A stretch of DNA of 64,000 nucleotides from contig CAZKWA010000004.1 in the NCBI GenBank assembly GCA_964556345.1, positions 3,488 through 67,487 of the forward strand, read 5' to 3'. Source of the stretch: an uncultured Alcanivorax sp. GTDB lineage: Bacteria > Pseudomonadota > Gammaproteobacteria > Pseudomonadales > Alcanivoracaceae. Positions 46,490-56,447 of this stretch are shown piece by piece (the stretch's first letter is position 1; every line of letters begins with the position of its first letter). Below the pieces are notes generated by a model, which saw nothing but the letters and a program-made list of their open reading frames with translations, was not told where the DNA came from and searched no databases. The translations under genes were made by a program, and so were the position numbers.

Positions 46490-47698
46490 ATGATTAACCT
46501 CGAACTTCCCAAGTCTCTCAAGAACCTTCAACAAATGACCCACCAGCTTGCCGAGCAAGGGTTCCGCCCGATTTCGCGCAAGTACGATCTCATAGAGCAC
46601 GGCGACACCCCGGCGGAACTCAAGCCCCTGGCTCAGATGATCGCCGCTGGGCGTCCGCGCGGCGGCGGCAAAGGGGAAAAAACCGACACCGACCCGGACG
46701 CGGTCAAGAACGGTAGCAATCTGATGGGTATCGTCAGCGTCGAGGAAATGTGCTGGGGCGATACCGGTCTGATGCTCTCCCTGCCGGCGTCCGGCCTGGG
46801 CAACGCGGCCATCCAGGCGGTCGGCACGCCGGAGCAGAAAGAGCAGTACGGCAAGCTCTACTGCGCCATGGCGATCACCGAGCCGGGCGCCGGCTCGGAT
46901 TCGGCGGCGATCAGCACCACCGCCCGCCGTGATGGCGATGAATGGGTGCTCAACGGCGAGAAAATCTACTGCACCGGCGGCCAGCGCTGCGACGCCGTGG
47001 TGGTGTGGGCGACCCTGGACAAGTCGCTGGGCAAGGCGGCGATCAAGTCGTTCATCGTGCCCCGGGACAACCCGGGCATGCAGCTGGTGCGGGTGGAGGA
47101 CAAGATGGGCCTGCGCATCTCCGACACCGCGGCCCTGGCGTTCACCGACTGCCGGATTCCGGCGGACCATGTGCTCGGCTCGGCGGAGATCGCCGACACC
47201 GAGGCGGCCCGCAAGAAAGCCTTCGGCGGCGTGATGCAGACCTTCGACAACACCCGGCCGATGGTCGCCGCCATGGCCCTGGGCGTGGCCCGCGCGGCCC
47301 TGGAAATCACCACGGAACTGCTGGAAAAAGAAGGGGTTAAAGCGGATTTCTCGAAATCACCTTATAATTCCAGCGCCATCGAACTGGAGCTCTATCGCCT
47401 GGAAGCGGACCTGGACGCGGCCCGTCTGATGACCTACAAGGCGGCCTGGATGGCGGACAACGGCCAGGCCAATTCCAAGGAAGCCTCCATGTGCAAGGCC
47501 AAGGCCGGGCGCATGGGCAACGACGTAACCCTCAAGTGCGTGGCGCTTTGCGGCGAACTGGGTTACTCCGAGCGCTACCTGCTGGAGAAGCTGGCGCGGG
47601 ATTCCAAGATCATCGACATCTTCGAGGGCACCCAGCAGATCCAGCAGCTGATCGTCGCCCGCCATCTGCTGGGGTTGTCCTCCCGGGAACTGAAATGA
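46490..47698 (+). CDS. acyl-CoA dehydrogenase (catalytic, putative alpha subunit)
   Basis: 402 aa. AITEPGAGSDSAA and IFEGTQQIQQLIVARHLLG are intact. Starts 13 nt after the preceding ACAD-like gene. Confidence 0.85.
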   Translation: MINLELPKSLKNLQQMTHQLAEQGFRPISRKYDLIEHGDTPAELKPLAQMIAAGRPRGGGKGEKTDTDPDAVKNGSNLMGIVSVEEMCWGDTGLMLSLPASGLGNAAIQAVGTPEQKEQYGKLYCAMAITEPGAGSDSAAISTTARRDGDEWVLNGEKIYCTGGQRCDAVVVWATLDKSLGKAAIKSFIVPRDNPGMQLVRVEDKMGLRISDTAALAFTDCRIPADHVLGSAEIADTEAARKKAFGGVMQTFDNTRPMVAAMALGVARAALEITTELLEKEGVKADFSKSPYNSSAIELELYRLEADLDAARLMTYKAAWMADNGQANSKEASMCKAKAGRMGNDVTLKCVALCGELGYSERYLLEKLARDSKIIDIFEGTQQIQQLIVARHLLGLSSRELK

Positions 47699-47763
47699 GT
47701 CGCGGCGGCGGGCCGATCTGCTAGCATGCGGGGTTGATACTGAACCAACCCCAGGAGTGCGGC

Positions 47764-48561
47764 ATGTCGTCATCACTGGCCGATCAGGTGATCTGGATCA
47801 CCGGTGCTTCTTCCGGCATCGGTGAAGCGGTGGCTTCGGAATACGCCCGTTACGGCGCCAAACTGGTGCTTTCGGCGCGCCGTCGCGACGAACTGGAACG
47901 GGTGCGCGGCGAGCTGGTCAACGCCGACGAGCACCTGGTGCTGCCGCTGGATCTGACCGACCAGGACGCCATGGCGCCGGCGACGGAAACGGTGCTGCGC
48001 CATTTCGGCCGGCTCGATCAGGTGGTGCACAACGGCGGCATTTCCCAGCGCTCGCTGGTGCGCGACACCGCCATGGCGGTGGACCGGCGCATCATGGAGG
48101 TGAACTACTTTGGCGCGGTGGCGCTCACCAAGGCGGTCCTGCCGGCGTTTATCCGCCAGGGCGGCGGCCGCTTCGTGGTGGTCACCTCGCTGGTGGGCGA
48201 GCTGCCCACGCCCAAGCGTTCCGCCTACAGCGCCAGCAAACACGCCCTGCACGGCTTCTTCGAGGCGCTGCGCGCCGAGGAATTCGACAACGGCGTGCGC
48301 GTGACCCTGGTGCTGCCGGGCTTTATCCGCACCCAGGTGTCGGTCAACGCGCTCACCGCCGACGGCAGCGCCCAGGGCAGCATGGACGACCTGCAGGCCA
48401 ACGGCATGGACCCGGCGCTGTGCGCCCGGCGCCTGGTGGAGGCCGTGCAGCGCGGCCGCGATCAGGTTATCATCGCCGGCCGCGAGGGGGCCGGTATCTA
48501 TTTGAAACGCTGGTCACCGCCCCTGTATCGTCGCGTGATCCGCAAGGTCAAGGTGAGCTGA
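47764..48561 (+). CDS. SDR-family oxidoreductase
   Basis: ATG 47764 behind AGGAG. TGASSGIGEAVA cofactor motif and catalytic YSASKHAL. Confidence 0.85.
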   Translation: MSSSLADQVIWITGASSGIGEAVASEYARYGAKLVLSARRRDELERVRGELVNADEHLVLPLDLTDQDAMAPATETVLRHFGRLDQVVHNGGISQRSLVRDTAMAVDRRIMEVNYFGAVALTKAVLPAFIRQGGGRFVVVTSLVGELPTPKRSAYSASKHALHGFFEALRAEEFDNGVRVTLVLPGFIRTQVSVNALTADGSAQGSMDDLQANGMDPALCARRLVEAVQRGRDQVIIAGREGAGIYLKRWSPPLYRRVIRKVKVS

Positions 48562-48603
48562 GCGCCTTGATCTCTCCCCGTTTCCGCTATCCGACAGCCG
48601 ACT

Positions 48604-49479
48604 ATGAGCACCGCCGACACCTTCGCCGACACCAGAATGGACGCCAAGCACCGCACCCGTCTCAATAAGCTGCAGAAGAAACTGCGCCGCGAGACCGGCC
48701 GGGCGATCGCCGACTTCAACATGATTCAGGACGGCGACAAGGTGATGGTGTGCCTGTCCGGCGGCAAGGACTCCTACACCATGCTGGAGATTCTGCGTAA
48801 TCTTCAGCATTCCGCGCCGGTGGACTTCGAGCTGGTGGCGGTCAACCTGGACCAGAAGCAGCCCGGTTTCCCGGAGCATGTGCTGCCCGAATACCTGGAA
48901 AAGGAAGGGGTGGACTACCACATCCTGGAAAAGGACACCTATTCCATCGTCAAGGAAAAGGTGCCGGAGGGAAAAACCACCTGCGGGCTGTGCTCGCGCC
49001 TGCGGCGCGGCAGCCTGTACGGCTTCGCCGAGGAGATCGGCGCCAACAAGATCGCCCTCGGCCATCACCGCGACGACATCGTGGAAACCCTGTTTCTGAA
49101 CATGTTCTTCGGCGGCAAGATGAAAGCCATGCCGCCCAAGCTGCGCAGCGACGACAACCGCAACGTGGTGATCCGCCCGCTGGCCTACTGCCGCGAAAAG
49201 GACATCATTGAATTCGCGCGCTATAAGCAATATCCGATCATCCCCTGCAACCTGTGCGGCTCCCAGGAAAACCTGCAGCGCCAGGCGGTGAAGGACATGC
49301 TGCGGCGCTGGGACAAGGAGCACCCGGGCCGGGTGGAGAGCATCTTTTCCTCGATCCAGAACATCGCCCCCTCGCAGCTGGCGGACACCCGCCTGTTCGA
49401 CTTCGAACACCTGGAAGAAGGCCAGAATCAGGGCGGCGCCGGCGCCCACCGTCTGGACGTGGTCAACCTGTTCGGCTAG
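48604..49479 (+). CDS. ttcA: tRNA 2-thiocytidine(32) synthetase TtcA
   Basis: 291 aa. PP-loop CLSGGKDS and Fe-S Cys motifs [10 protein letters not shown] and CNLCGSQ. Confidence 0.9.
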   Translation: MSTADTFADTRMDAKHRTRLNKLQKKLRRETGRAIADFNMIQDGDKVMVCLSGGKDSYTMLEILRNLQHSAPVDFELVAVNLDQKQPGFPEHVLPEYLEKEGVDYHILEKDTYSIVKEKVPEGKTTCGLCSRLRRGSLYGFAEEIGANKIALGHHRDDIVETLFLNMFFGGKMKAMPPKLRSDDNRNVVIRPLAYCREKDIIEFARYKQYPIIPCNLCGSQENLQRQAVKDMLRRWDKEHPGRVESIFSSIQNIAPSQLADTRLFDFEHLEEGQNQGGAGAHRLDVVNLFG

Positions 49480-49608
49480 CGGCCGCGCGTACCACATGAT
49501 TCGCGCCGCCGTTTCCGCTAAAATACGCCCCGCCCTGTGGCCGGCAGGGTGGCCGCCCGCCGCCCCGGCCCTCTCTCTTCGCACTCTCGACCTGAAAGGT
49601 AGGAGCAC

Positions 49609-51774
49609 ATGACCGATCGCATTAAAAAAGGTGGCCTTGAGATTGCCGCCGAACTCCACGACCTGGTAGCCAACGAGATCGCTCCGGGCACCGGCGTGGA
49701 GCCGGATCATTTCTGGACGCAGTTCGAGAACATCCTGGCGGACCTGGTACCGCACAACGAGATGCTGTTGACCAAGCGGGACCAGCTTCAGGAAGTGATC
49801 GACGTCTGGCACCTGGAGAAGAAGGGCGCGAAGATCGACCTTGAGGAGTACAAGGCCTTTCTCGAGGAAATCGGTTACCTGCTGCCCGAAGGCGAAGACT
49901 TCAAAGTGGGGACCGCCAATGTGGACGAGGAAATCGCCCACATCGCCGGTCCCCAGCTGGTGGTGCCGGTGCGCAACGCGCGCTTCGCGCTGAACGCGGC
50001 CAACGCGCGCTGGGGCAGCCTCTACGACGCCCTTTACGGCACCGACATGATCTCCGACGAGGGCGGTGCCGAGAAAGGCGGCGCCTACAACCCCAAGCGC
50101 GGCGACAAGGTGATCGCCTGGGCCCGCGACTTCCTGGACCAGTACTTCCCGCTGGCCAACGGCTCGCACAAGGACAGCACCGGCTACGCCATCGTTGACG
50201 GCAAACTGGTGGTGCGTCTGAAGGACGGCGAAAGCGGCCTGAAGGACGAAAGCCAGCTGCGCGGCTACCGTGGCGACTCGGCCCGCCCCGAAGGCGTGCT
50301 GCTCAAGCACAACAACCTGCACGCGGAAATCCAGATCGACGATCAGCACCCGATCGGCGCCGAGGACCCGGCCCACGTCAAGGACGTGCTGATGGAGTCC
50401 GCCATCACCACCATCCAGGACTGCGAGGATTCCGTGGCCGCGGTGGACGCGGAAGAGAAGGTCGAGGTTTACCGCAACTGGCTGGGCCTGATGAAAGGCG
50501 ACCTGAGCGAGAGCTTCGAGAAGGGCGGCCGCCGCGTCACCCGGGATCTGCATCCGGACCGTGAATACACCGCTCTGGACGGCTCCACGCTGACCCTGCA
50601 GGGCCGTTCCCTGCAGCTGGTGCGCAACGTGGGCCACCTGATGACCAACCCGGCGATCCTCTACAACGGCGAGGAAATCCCCGAGGGCATCATGGACGCC
50701 ATGATCACCGTGCTGGCGGCCATGCACGACCTGAAGAAAACCGAAGGCCCGCGCAACAGCCGCACCGGCTCCGTGTACATCGTCAAGCCGAAAATGCACG
50801 GCCCCGAGGAAGTGGCCTTCGCGGTGGAATTGTTCGAGCGGGTCGAGGACGCGCTGGGCCTGCCGGAAAACACCCTGAAGATCGGCATCATGGACGAAGA
50901 GCGCCGCACCACCATCAACCTGAAGGAGTGCATCCGCGAAGCCCAGGACCGGGTGATCTTCATCAACACCGGCTTCCTGGACCGCACCGGCGACGAGATC
51001 CACACCTCCATGGAAGCCGGCCCGATGGCGCGCAAAGGCGACATGAAAGGCCTGCCGTGGATTAACGCCTACGAGAACTGGAACGTGGACATCGGCCTGG
51101 AATGCGGCCTCAAGGGCGTGGCGCAGATCGGCAAGGGCATGTGGCCCAAGCCCGACGAAATGGCGGAAATGATGGCCACCAAGGCCGGCCACCCGAAAGC
51201 CGGCGCCAACTGCGCCTGGGTACCGTCACCCACCGCCGCCACCCTGCACGCCACGCATTATCACCAGATCAACGTGCAGGAGGTGCAGGACCAGATCGCC
51301 GGCCGTGGCCGCGCGTCCCTGGACGACATCCTCACCATTCCGCTGCTCGACCGCGAGCTCAGCGCCGAGGAAATCCAGCAGGAGCTGGACAACAACGCGC
51401 AGGGCATCCTGGGTTACGTGGTGCGCTGGATCGACCAGGGCGTGGGCTGCTCCAAAGTGCCCGACATCAACAACGTGGGCCTGATGGAAGACCGCGCCAC
51501 CTGCCGGATCTCCAGCCAGCACATCGCCAACTGGTTGCACCATGACGTGGTCAGCAAGGACCAGGTGATGGAAACCATGAAGCGCATGGCCAAGGTGGTG
51601 GACGAGCAGAACGCCGGCGACCCGACCTACACCAATATGTCGGACGACTTCGACGCCAGCCTGGCGTTCAAGGCGTCCTGCGATCTGGTGTTCGAGGGCA
51701 CCGACCAGCCCAGCGGCTACACCGAGCCGGTGCTGCACCGCCGTCGCCGCGAGCTGAAAGCCAAGCGCGGCTGA
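49609..51774 (+). CDS. glcB: malate synthase G
   Basis: 721 aa, with family-typical N-terminus and length. AGGAG RBS upstream. Confidence 0.95.
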   Translation: MTDRIKKGGLEIAAELHDLVANEIAPGTGVEPDHFWTQFENILADLVPHNEMLLTKRDQLQEVIDVWHLEKKGAKIDLEEYKAFLEEIGYLLPEGEDFKVGTANVDEEIAHIAGPQLVVPVRNARFALNAANARWGSLYDALYGTDMISDEGGAEKGGAYNPKRGDKVIAWARDFLDQYFPLANGSHKDSTGYAIVDGKLVVRLKDGESGLKDESQLRGYRGDSARPEGVLLKHNNLHAEIQIDDQHPIGAEDPAHVKDVLMESAITTIQDCEDSVAAVDAEEKVEVYRNWLGLMKGDLSESFEKGGRRVTRDLHPDREYTALDGSTLTLQGRSLQLVRNVGHLMTNPAILYNGEEIPEGIMDAMITVLAAMHDLKKTEGPRNSRTGSVYIVKPKMHGPEEVAFAVELFERVEDALGLPENTLKIGIMDEERRTTINLKECIREAQDRVIFINTGFLDRTGDEIHTSMEAGPMARKGDMKGLPWINAYENWNVDIGLECGLKGVAQIGKGMWPKPDEMAEMMATKAGHPKAGANCAWVPSPTAATLHATHYHQINVQEVQDQIAGRGRASLDDILTIPLLDRELSAEEIQQELDNNAQGILGYVVRWIDQGVGCSKVPDINNVGLMEDRATCRISSQHIANWLHHDVVSKDQVMETMKRMAKVVDEQNAGDPTYTNMSDDFDASLAFKASCDLVFEGTDQPSGYTEPVLHRRRRELKAKRG

Positions 51775-51803
51775 TCCTTCCGCGACGCTTGCAGCACCAC
51801 AAG

Positions 51804-51832
51804 AAAGCCCGGCCTTGAGCCGGGCTTTTTTG
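51804..51832 (+). terminator. rho-independent terminator of glcB
   Basis: 8-bp stem AGCCCGGC / GCCGGGCT followed by TTTTTT, 30 nt after the stop. Confidence 0.8.
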
Positions 51833-51833
51833 T

Positions 51834-51976
51834 TTGTGGGAGCGGGCCCCGCCCGCGAAAGGGAGCGAAGCTCCCGGCAGGATGCCAGAGAGCGTTCTAA
51901 CGGCAGCACAAACACCGTCTCCGGGATCCTGCCGGCCGGCTTTGCCGGCCTTTCGCGAGCAGGCTCGCTCCCACAA
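51834..51976. repeat. inverted pair of REP-like elements enclosing a nested palindromic spacer
   Basis: Left arm TTGTGGGAGCGGGCCCCGCCCGCGAA (51834..51859). The right arm (51952..51976) is the reverse complement of TTGTGGGAGCGAGCCTGCTCGCGAA. An inner 10-bp inverted repeat CCGGCAGGAT / ATCCTGCCGG lies at 51874..51883 and 51926..51935. Confidence 0.65.
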
Positions 51977-52123
51977 ACCGAGCGCCGAACCTTTCTGGGA
52001 AGGTCCTGGCGGTTGCTCTGACCCGTGGCGGTGACGCTGCAAAGTGAGTGGGACAATGCGATGAACCTTTTTTTGTTCAGCGGGCATTGCCGGAACTGGC
52101 CTTGTTCGTAGCTGCCCTCGCGG

Positions 52124-53029
52124 TCAGTTCCAGACCGGATGTTCGGCCAGCCGCTCTTCCAGAAATGCCACGAACGCCCGCACCCGGGGCGGCACCAGCC
52201 GCCGTTGAGGCATCACCGCGTGGATGCCGGTTTCCGTGAGCCGGTAATCCGGCAGCACCACCTTCAGCCGGCCGCTGCACAGATGTTCGTGAATATGCCA
52301 CACCGAGTGCTGGGCGATGCCCAGGCCGCCGAGTACCGCCTCGGTGAGCATCTCGCCCTGATTGCTGCGTATACGACCGCTGACCTGCACCGTCTCGCTT
52401 TGCCCCTGCTTGTCGGTCAGGTGCCATAGGTCCTGGCGTCGCCGGTTGCTGGAAAGCACCAGGCATTGGTGGTCGGCCAGGTCGCCGGGGCGTTGCGGGG
52501 TGCCGTGGCGGTCCAGGTAGTCCGCGGTGGCGCACAGCACTCGCCGGTCGTCGGCCAGGCGCCGGGCCACCAGGCTGGAATCCTCGAGGATGCCGATACG
52601 AATGCCCAGATCGTAGCCCTCTCCGACCAGGTCCACGACCTGGTCGGAGAGGCCGACGTCCAGGTCTAAACGGGGATAGCGGTTGAGAAACTCCGGCAGC
52701 AGCGGCGAGATGTACTGGCGCCCGAAAGAGTGGGGCAGGGTGACGCGCAGGGTGCCGGTGACGTTCTCGGCGCTGCCGCGCAGGTCCTGGGTGAGCGCTT
52801 CCAGGTCCTCCACCAGGTCGCGGCCCTGTTCCGCCAGCGCCAGCCCTTCCGGGGTCGGGTGCAGGCGCCGGGTGGTGCGGTGCAGCAGCCGCACGTTGAG
52901 GCCCTTTTCCAGCCGCTGCAGGCGCTGGCTGGCCACCGCCGACGACAGGTCCAGGCTGCGGGCGGCGGCGCTGATCGAACCCAGATCGAGCACGCGAAGA
53001 AACAGGGCGATGTCGCTTAGACGGTCCAT
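52124..53029 (-). CDS. LysR-family transcriptional regulator
   Basis: 301 aa. N-terminal HTH DIALFLRVLDLGSISAAARSLDLSSAVASQRLQRLE. Divergent from the MFS gene. Confidence 0.9.
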   Translation of the reverse strand: MDRLSDIALFLRVLDLGSISAAARSLDLSSAVASQRLQRLEKGLNVRLLHRTTRRLHPTPEGLALAEQGRDLVEDLEALTQDLRGSAENVTGTLRVTLPHSFGRQYISPLLPEFLNRYPRLDLDVGLSDQVVDLVGEGYDLGIRIGILEDSSLVARRLADDRRVLCATADYLDRHGTPQRPGDLADHQCLVLSSNRRRQDLWHLTDKQGQSETVQVSGRIRSNQGEMLTEAVLGGLGIAQHSVWHIHEHLCSGRLKVVLPDYRLTETGIHAVMPQRRLVPPRVRAFVAFLEERLAEHPVWN

Positions 53030-53042
53030 GGCGGGCTCATTA

Positions 53043-53057
53043 TCAATAAATTATTGA
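53043..53057. promoter_or_regulatory. LTTR-box-like inverted repeat
   Basis: TCAAT-AAATT-ATTGA lies 14 nt upstream of the lysR start, in the divergent lysR/MFS intergenic region. Confidence 0.4.
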
Positions 53058-53138
53058 AAGTGATTGAAGATCGTAAAGGTATCAGGGAAAGCGAGCCGGG
53101 CCTAGCATGCGCCTCATCGATTTCTGACGGACGTTGCC

Positions 53139-54353
53139 ATGACTGCTTCAACCGCTTCACGCCCAGTGCCCTGGGCGCTCTACGCCTTGACCATCGGTGC
53201 CTTCGGCATCGGCACCACCGAATTCGTGATCATGGGCGTGCTCGAACAAGTGGCCGCCGACCTGGGCGTGAGCATCCGCAGCGCCGGCTTGCTGATCTCC
53301 GGGTACGCCCTGGGCGTGTTCGTGGGCGCGCCGCTGCTCACCATCGCCAGCGCCCGCTGGCCGCGCAAGACGGTTCTGGTGGCGCTGATGGTCATTTTCA
53401 CCCTGGGGAATCTGGCCTGCGCGCTGGCGCCGAACTACGCCATGCTGATGGTGGCCAGGGTGGTCACTTCTCTGGCGCACGGCACTTTTTTCGGCGTCGG
53501 CTCGGTGGTCGCCACCGGGCTCGTGGCGCCGGACAAGCGGGCCAGCGCCATCTCCATCATGTTCACCGGCCTTACCGTGGCGACGCTGCTGGGCGTGCCC
53601 GCCGGCGCCTGGCTGGGGCATGAATACGGCTGGCGCGCCACCTTCTGGGCGATTACCGGCGTGGGCATACTGGCGACCCTGGTGATCACCCTGATGGTGC
53701 CGCGCGACAGCGGCGGCGGCGAGGCATTGGGCTGGCGCAAGAGTCTGGCGTCGATTGGTCGACCGACGGTCTTGCTGGGGCTGCTGATGACCGCGCTCGG
53801 CATCGCCGGGGTGTTCACCGTGTTCACCTACATCCAGCCGATCCTGACCGGGATCGCCGGTTTCTCCCAGGACGCGGTGTCGCTGATTCTGTTGGTGTTC
53901 GGCGTCGGCATGATTGTCGGCAACCTGCTCGGCGGACATTTGGCGGACCGGGGGCTCGCGCCCGCTCTGCTGATCACACTGGCAGCGCTGGTCGCGGTGC
54001 TGGGCCTGTTTCCGTTCGCGCTCGCCTATCAATGGACGGCGGTGGCCTTCGTCGGCCTGTTGGGCATGGCCTGCTTCGCCACGGTGGCGCCGTTGCAACT
54101 GTGGGTACTGAACCGGGCGGAAGGCGCGGCCAGCCTGGCGTCCAGCTTCAACATCGGTGCCTTCAACCTGGGCAACGCCCTAGGCGCCGGCCTGGGCGGT
54201 GTGGTGATCGAGCGGAGCGGCGGCTTTACCGCGGTGCCCTTTGTTGCCGCGCTGGTCACTCTGGCCGGGTTGGTGGTGGCCGTTTGCGCCATCAAGCGAG
54301 AACAAGGCGGGGCCGTCCGGCTCGCGCCGTCCATTCCCTGCGAACAGGAGTAA
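53139..54353 (+). CDS. MFS transporter (sugar/purine efflux-type, 12 TM)
   Basis: 404 aa, hydrophobic throughout. MFS motif-A-like SARWPRKTVL sits between TM2 and TM3. Confidence 0.85.
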   Translation: MTASTASRPVPWALYALTIGAFGIGTTEFVIMGVLEQVAADLGVSIRSAGLLISGYALGVFVGAPLLTIASARWPRKTVLVALMVIFTLGNLACALAPNYAMLMVARVVTSLAHGTFFGVGSVVATGLVAPDKRASAISIMFTGLTVATLLGVPAGAWLGHEYGWRATFWAITGVGILATLVITLMVPRDSGGGEALGWRKSLASIGRPTVLLGLLMTALGIAGVFTVFTYIQPILTGIAGFSQDAVSLILLVFGVGMIVGNLLGGHLADRGLAPALLITLAALVAVLGLFPFALAYQWTAVAFVGLLGMACFATVAPLQLWVLNRAEGAASLASSFNIGAFNLGNALGAGLGGVVIERSGGFTAVPFVAALVTLAGLVVAVCAIKREQGGAVRLAPSIPCEQE

Positions 54354-54355
54354 GA

Positions 54356-55390
54356 ATGATGGAATATCGTTATCTGGGACGGTCTGGTTTCAAGGTGCCG
54401 GCCCTGGGCTTCGGGGCCGGCACCTTCGGCGGCAAGGGGCCGCTGTTCAGCGCCTGGGGCAATACCGACGTGGCGCAAGCGACGCGGCTGATCGACATCT
54501 GCCTGGACGCCGGCGTCAATCTGTTCGATTCCGCCGACGTGTATTCCGACGGCGCCTCGGAGACCATCCTTGGCGCGGCGATCAAGGGCCGCCGTGACCG
54601 GGTGATCCTGTCCACCAAGATGTCGCTGCGCAGCGGTGAGGACGCCAACGACGCCGGCAGTTCCCGCCACCACCTGATCCGCGCCACCGAGCGCGCGCTG
54701 AAGCGCCTGGGCACCGATTATATCGACGTGCTGCAGTTGCACCATTTCGACGCCATGACGCCGGTGGAAGACGTTATGTCAGCGCTGGATGATCTGGTGC
54801 GGGCCGGCAAGGTGCGCTATCTGGGCGCGTCCAATTTCTCCGGCTGGCAGTTGATGAAATCCCAGAGCGTCGCCGAGCGCCACGGCTATGCGCGCTTCGT
54901 GGCCAACCAGACCTATTACTCCCTGGTGGGCCGGGATTACGAGTGGGAGCTGATGCCGGTGGGGCAGGACCAGGGCCTGGGTGCCCTGGTGTGGAGCCCG
55001 CTGGGCTGGGGCCGCCTGACCGGCAAGATCCGTCGTGGCCAGCCGTTGCCCGCCGGCAGCCGTCTCCACGACACCGAAGGGTTCGCGCCGCCGGTGTCGG
55101 ACGAGCGACTGTACCGGGTGCTGGACGTGTTGTTCGAGATCGCCGAGGAGATCGGCAAGACCGTGCCGCAGGTGGCGATTAACTGGTTGCTGCGCCGGCC
55201 GACGGTGGCGTCGGTGCTGATCGGCGCCCGCGACGAAACCCAGCTGCGGCAGAACCTCGGCGCGGTCGGCTGGCGCCTCGACGACGACCAAGTGGCGCGT
55301 CTGGACGCGGCGAGCGCGGTGACCCCGCCTTACCCCTATTACCCGTACTGGAATGGCCAGTTCGCGGAGCGCAATCCGCCGCCGGTGTGA
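54356..55390 (+). CDS. aldo/keto reductase
   Basis: 344 aa from ATG 54356, within track ORF 54032..55390. YRYLGRSGFKVPALGFGAGTFG...FDSADVYSDGASE. Confidence 0.85.
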   Translation: MMEYRYLGRSGFKVPALGFGAGTFGGKGPLFSAWGNTDVAQATRLIDICLDAGVNLFDSADVYSDGASETILGAAIKGRRDRVILSTKMSLRSGEDANDAGSSRHHLIRATERALKRLGTDYIDVLQLHHFDAMTPVEDVMSALDDLVRAGKVRYLGASNFSGWQLMKSQSVAERHGYARFVANQTYYSLVGRDYEWELMPVGQDQGLGALVWSPLGWGRLTGKIRRGQPLPAGSRLHDTEGFAPPVSDERLYRVLDVLFEIAEEIGKTVPQVAINWLLRRPTVASVLIGARDETQLRQNLGAVGWRLDDDQVARLDAASAVTPPYPYYPYWNGQFAERNPPPV

Positions 55391-55412
55391 CCGGCGGGGC
55401 CGCCATCGGCCA

Positions 55413-56405
55413 TCAGCGCCCGCGGGCCGGCGGCGCCATGAACTCCGGGCCCACCGGGTCGCTGATGGTGTCCACCAGGATGGCGTCGATATCGGCCTGG
55501 TCCTGGTCGCTGAGGTGCCAGCCCATGACCTCGCGGACCGGCTGGATCTGCTCCGGGCGGCGCGCGCCCCACAGGGCCACGGAAACGTCGCGCCGGTCGA
55601 GCAGCCAGCGCAGGGCCAGGTGCAGGACCCGTTTGCCGTGGCGCTCGCGGGCCAGGGTGTCGAGCTTGTCCACGGCGGCCAGATAGTGCGCGTAGCGGGG
55701 CGCCTTGAACTTGGGATCGTGGTTGCGCAGGTCGTCGCCTTCGAAGCGGGTGTGCTCGCGCATCTTGCCGGAGAGCAGCCCCCGGCAGAGCGCCCCGTAG
55801 GTGAGAGTGCTCAAGCCCAGTTCGCCGAGGACCGGTGCCAGAGTCTCTTCCATTTGCCGTTCGAAAAGGTTGTAGGGCGGTTGCACCGTGGAGAGCGGGC
55901 AGACGGCGTGGAACGCCCGTATCTGGTGGGCGTCGAAGTTGCTCACGCCGACGGCGCGAATCTTGCCGGCGCGTTTCAGCTCGAGCATCGCTTCGGCGGC
56001 TTCCTCCACCGGGCGGGTGGAGTCCGGCCAGTGGATCTGATAAACATCGATCACATCCGTGCGCAGCCGTCGCAGGCTGTCCTCGACCTCTTTGGTGATA
56101 CGGGCGCGGCTGGCGTCCCGGTAGGGCCCGTCGTCGTCCCAGTTGAGCGCGCACTTGGTGGCCAGGGTAACCCGGTTTCTCAGACGCTCCTGGTAGAGCG
56201 CCTCGCCCACCAGCCGCTCCGACTCGCCGAAGCCGTAGACCGGCGCGGTATCGATGGCGGTAATGCCCATTTCCACCGCTTCCTGGACGGTGCGGGTGGA
56301 CTCCTGGCGATCGTTGCCGCCCCACATCCAGCCGCCGATGGCCCAGGTACCCAGGGCGATACGGCTGCAGGTGATGTCACTGTTGGCGAGCGTCACGGTT
56401 TCCAT
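55413..56405 (-). CDS. aldo/keto reductase
   Basis: 330 aa. SRIALGTWAIGGWMWGG...IDTAPVYGFGESE. Confidence 0.85.
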   Translation of the reverse strand: METVTLANSDITCSRIALGTWAIGGWMWGGNDRQESTRTVQEAVEMGITAIDTAPVYGFGESERLVGEALYQERLRNRVTLATKCALNWDDDGPYRDASRARITKEVEDSLRRLRTDVIDVYQIHWPDSTRPVEEAAEAMLELKRAGKIRAVGVSNFDAHQIRAFHAVCPLSTVQPPYNLFERQMEETLAPVLGELGLSTLTYGALCRGLLSGKMREHTRFEGDDLRNHDPKFKAPRYAHYLAAVDKLDTLARERHGKRVLHLALRWLLDRRDVSVALWGARRPEQIQPVREVMGWHLSDQDQADIDAILVDTISDPVGPEFMAPPARGR

Positions 56406-56447
56406 GAAAGCTCCCTGCTCCGGAACGATAGGATGATGTTAGGACGT

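Noticed and set aside
48514-51192. 892-aa minus-strand ORF opposite ttcA and glcB.
   Set aside because: It is an antisense shadow of two strongly supported genes, and its product is His/Ala/Gly/Val-rich low complexity.
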